NCBI RefSeq assembly: GCF_001194135.2
Contig: NC_068991.1
Coordinates: 59,813,422-59,877,421 of the forward strand
From: Octopus bimaculoides
Taxonomy: Eukaryota
Length of the DNA: 64,000 bases
Reading direction: 5' to 3'
In this document: positions 62,977 to 64,000 of the stretch, one piece after another
Numbering within the stretch: position 1 is the stretch's first letter
Layout: every line of letters starts with the position of its first letter
Made by a program: the position numbers and the translations under genes
Notes under the pieces: model-generated
Seen by the model: the letters and a program-made list of their open reading frames with translations, nothing else
Database searches by the model: none
Told to the model about the DNA's origin: nothing

Positions 62977-64000
62977 CACAATTTGTTAAGGCAGATTTTC
63001 TCCGATCAGATGCACTTCCTGTTGCGAACTCTCACCCATTTCCTAGTAAAGTAAAACTTCCTCTTGACCAGACATATTTTCACTGAATATTGGGAGTGAA
63101 GTTTATCACTTCTATGACATGAAAATTCGTTTACAACTATCACCTGATGTCAAGGCAAGGAGATAGTAAAACACGCATACATATGTCCAACAGGCTTCTT
63201 TTAGTTTCTGTATACCAAATCCACTCACAAAGCTTTGGGCTTTGCTTTACCCAAGGCTGTATAGAAGGAGACACTTTTCTAGGTGCCACACAGTGGGACT
63301 GAATTCCTCAAACCACACAGACATTCCTGTACATTAACGGTTCTTGTAAATAAGTGCTGGTGGGGTGGCAATATGATCAAAAAGACTTTGATGGTAGTAT
63401 ACCTGCATAGTTGCTGTCCATATGGCTCCAGTCAGTGAAACAATAATAAAATACACACACATATATATAATTTTTGTTAGACTTGTTATGGATAAAAGCT
63501 TTTGCTACTCAGACTTGTATCTGAGTCATTTACTGTCCCTTTGAACTTGTCATTTCTAAACAAGACTATATAGGTTTACTAGTGTGCTTGGGTATATATA
63601 TGTATATATATTTGTGTGTATGTGTGTGTGTGTGCTGATACCACGTAAAAAGCACCCATGCTGGGGCTGCATAAAAAGCACTCCATAGACTCTGTAAAGT
63701 GGCTGGCATTAGGAATGGCATCCAGCTGTAGAAACCATACCAAAACAGACAATTGGAGCCTGGTACAGCCCTCCGGCTTGACAGCTCCATTCAAATCATG
63801 CAACCCATGCCAGCATGGAAAATGACCATTAAATGATGCTGATTATATTCATACATGCATATGTATGTATATACACACACACATCTAGTTATGTGTGTAT
63901 ATATTGGTATATATGTTTGTATATATACATGGGTATATATGTAGAGTTAATTATACATACCTATATATTAAACATATCTATATATTCATATCTATCTATT

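Overview
This is repeat-saturated, mostly non-coding eukaryotic DNA. The SINE families, the (TA)n/(CA)n/(CAT)n load and the N-gaps point to a cephalopod, probably a gapped Octopus assembly (inference). No intact protein-coding gene can be named. About ten short candidate exons with canonical splice signals are scattered on both strands, none with recognisable homology. Clear mobile elements are a decayed Tc1/mariner with TIRs (61.8-63.0 kb), LINE remnants (R4/Dong-like, CR1/L2-group, RTE), MITEs (Tc1/mariner, pogo/Tigger-like, piggyBac-type), Helentron-like elements and dozens of SINE copies from about four families. The most interesting signal is a set of minimal type I hammerhead-ribozyme motifs. 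One at 87-131 has a U4C variant core and is followed by five hairpins. One at 3793-3868 has an intact core and a long stem II. Decayed relatives lie at 33.8 kb and as a head-to-head pair at 50.8 kb. Together they suggest Penelope-like/retrozyme elements. Other notable items are a fold-back minisatellite dense in STAT- and NF-kB-type motifs (1.86-2.6 kb), alternating CpG-retained and CpG-depleted domains, and nested antiparallel SINEs that could form ADAR substrates. All analysis was done by eye; repeat boundaries are approximate.
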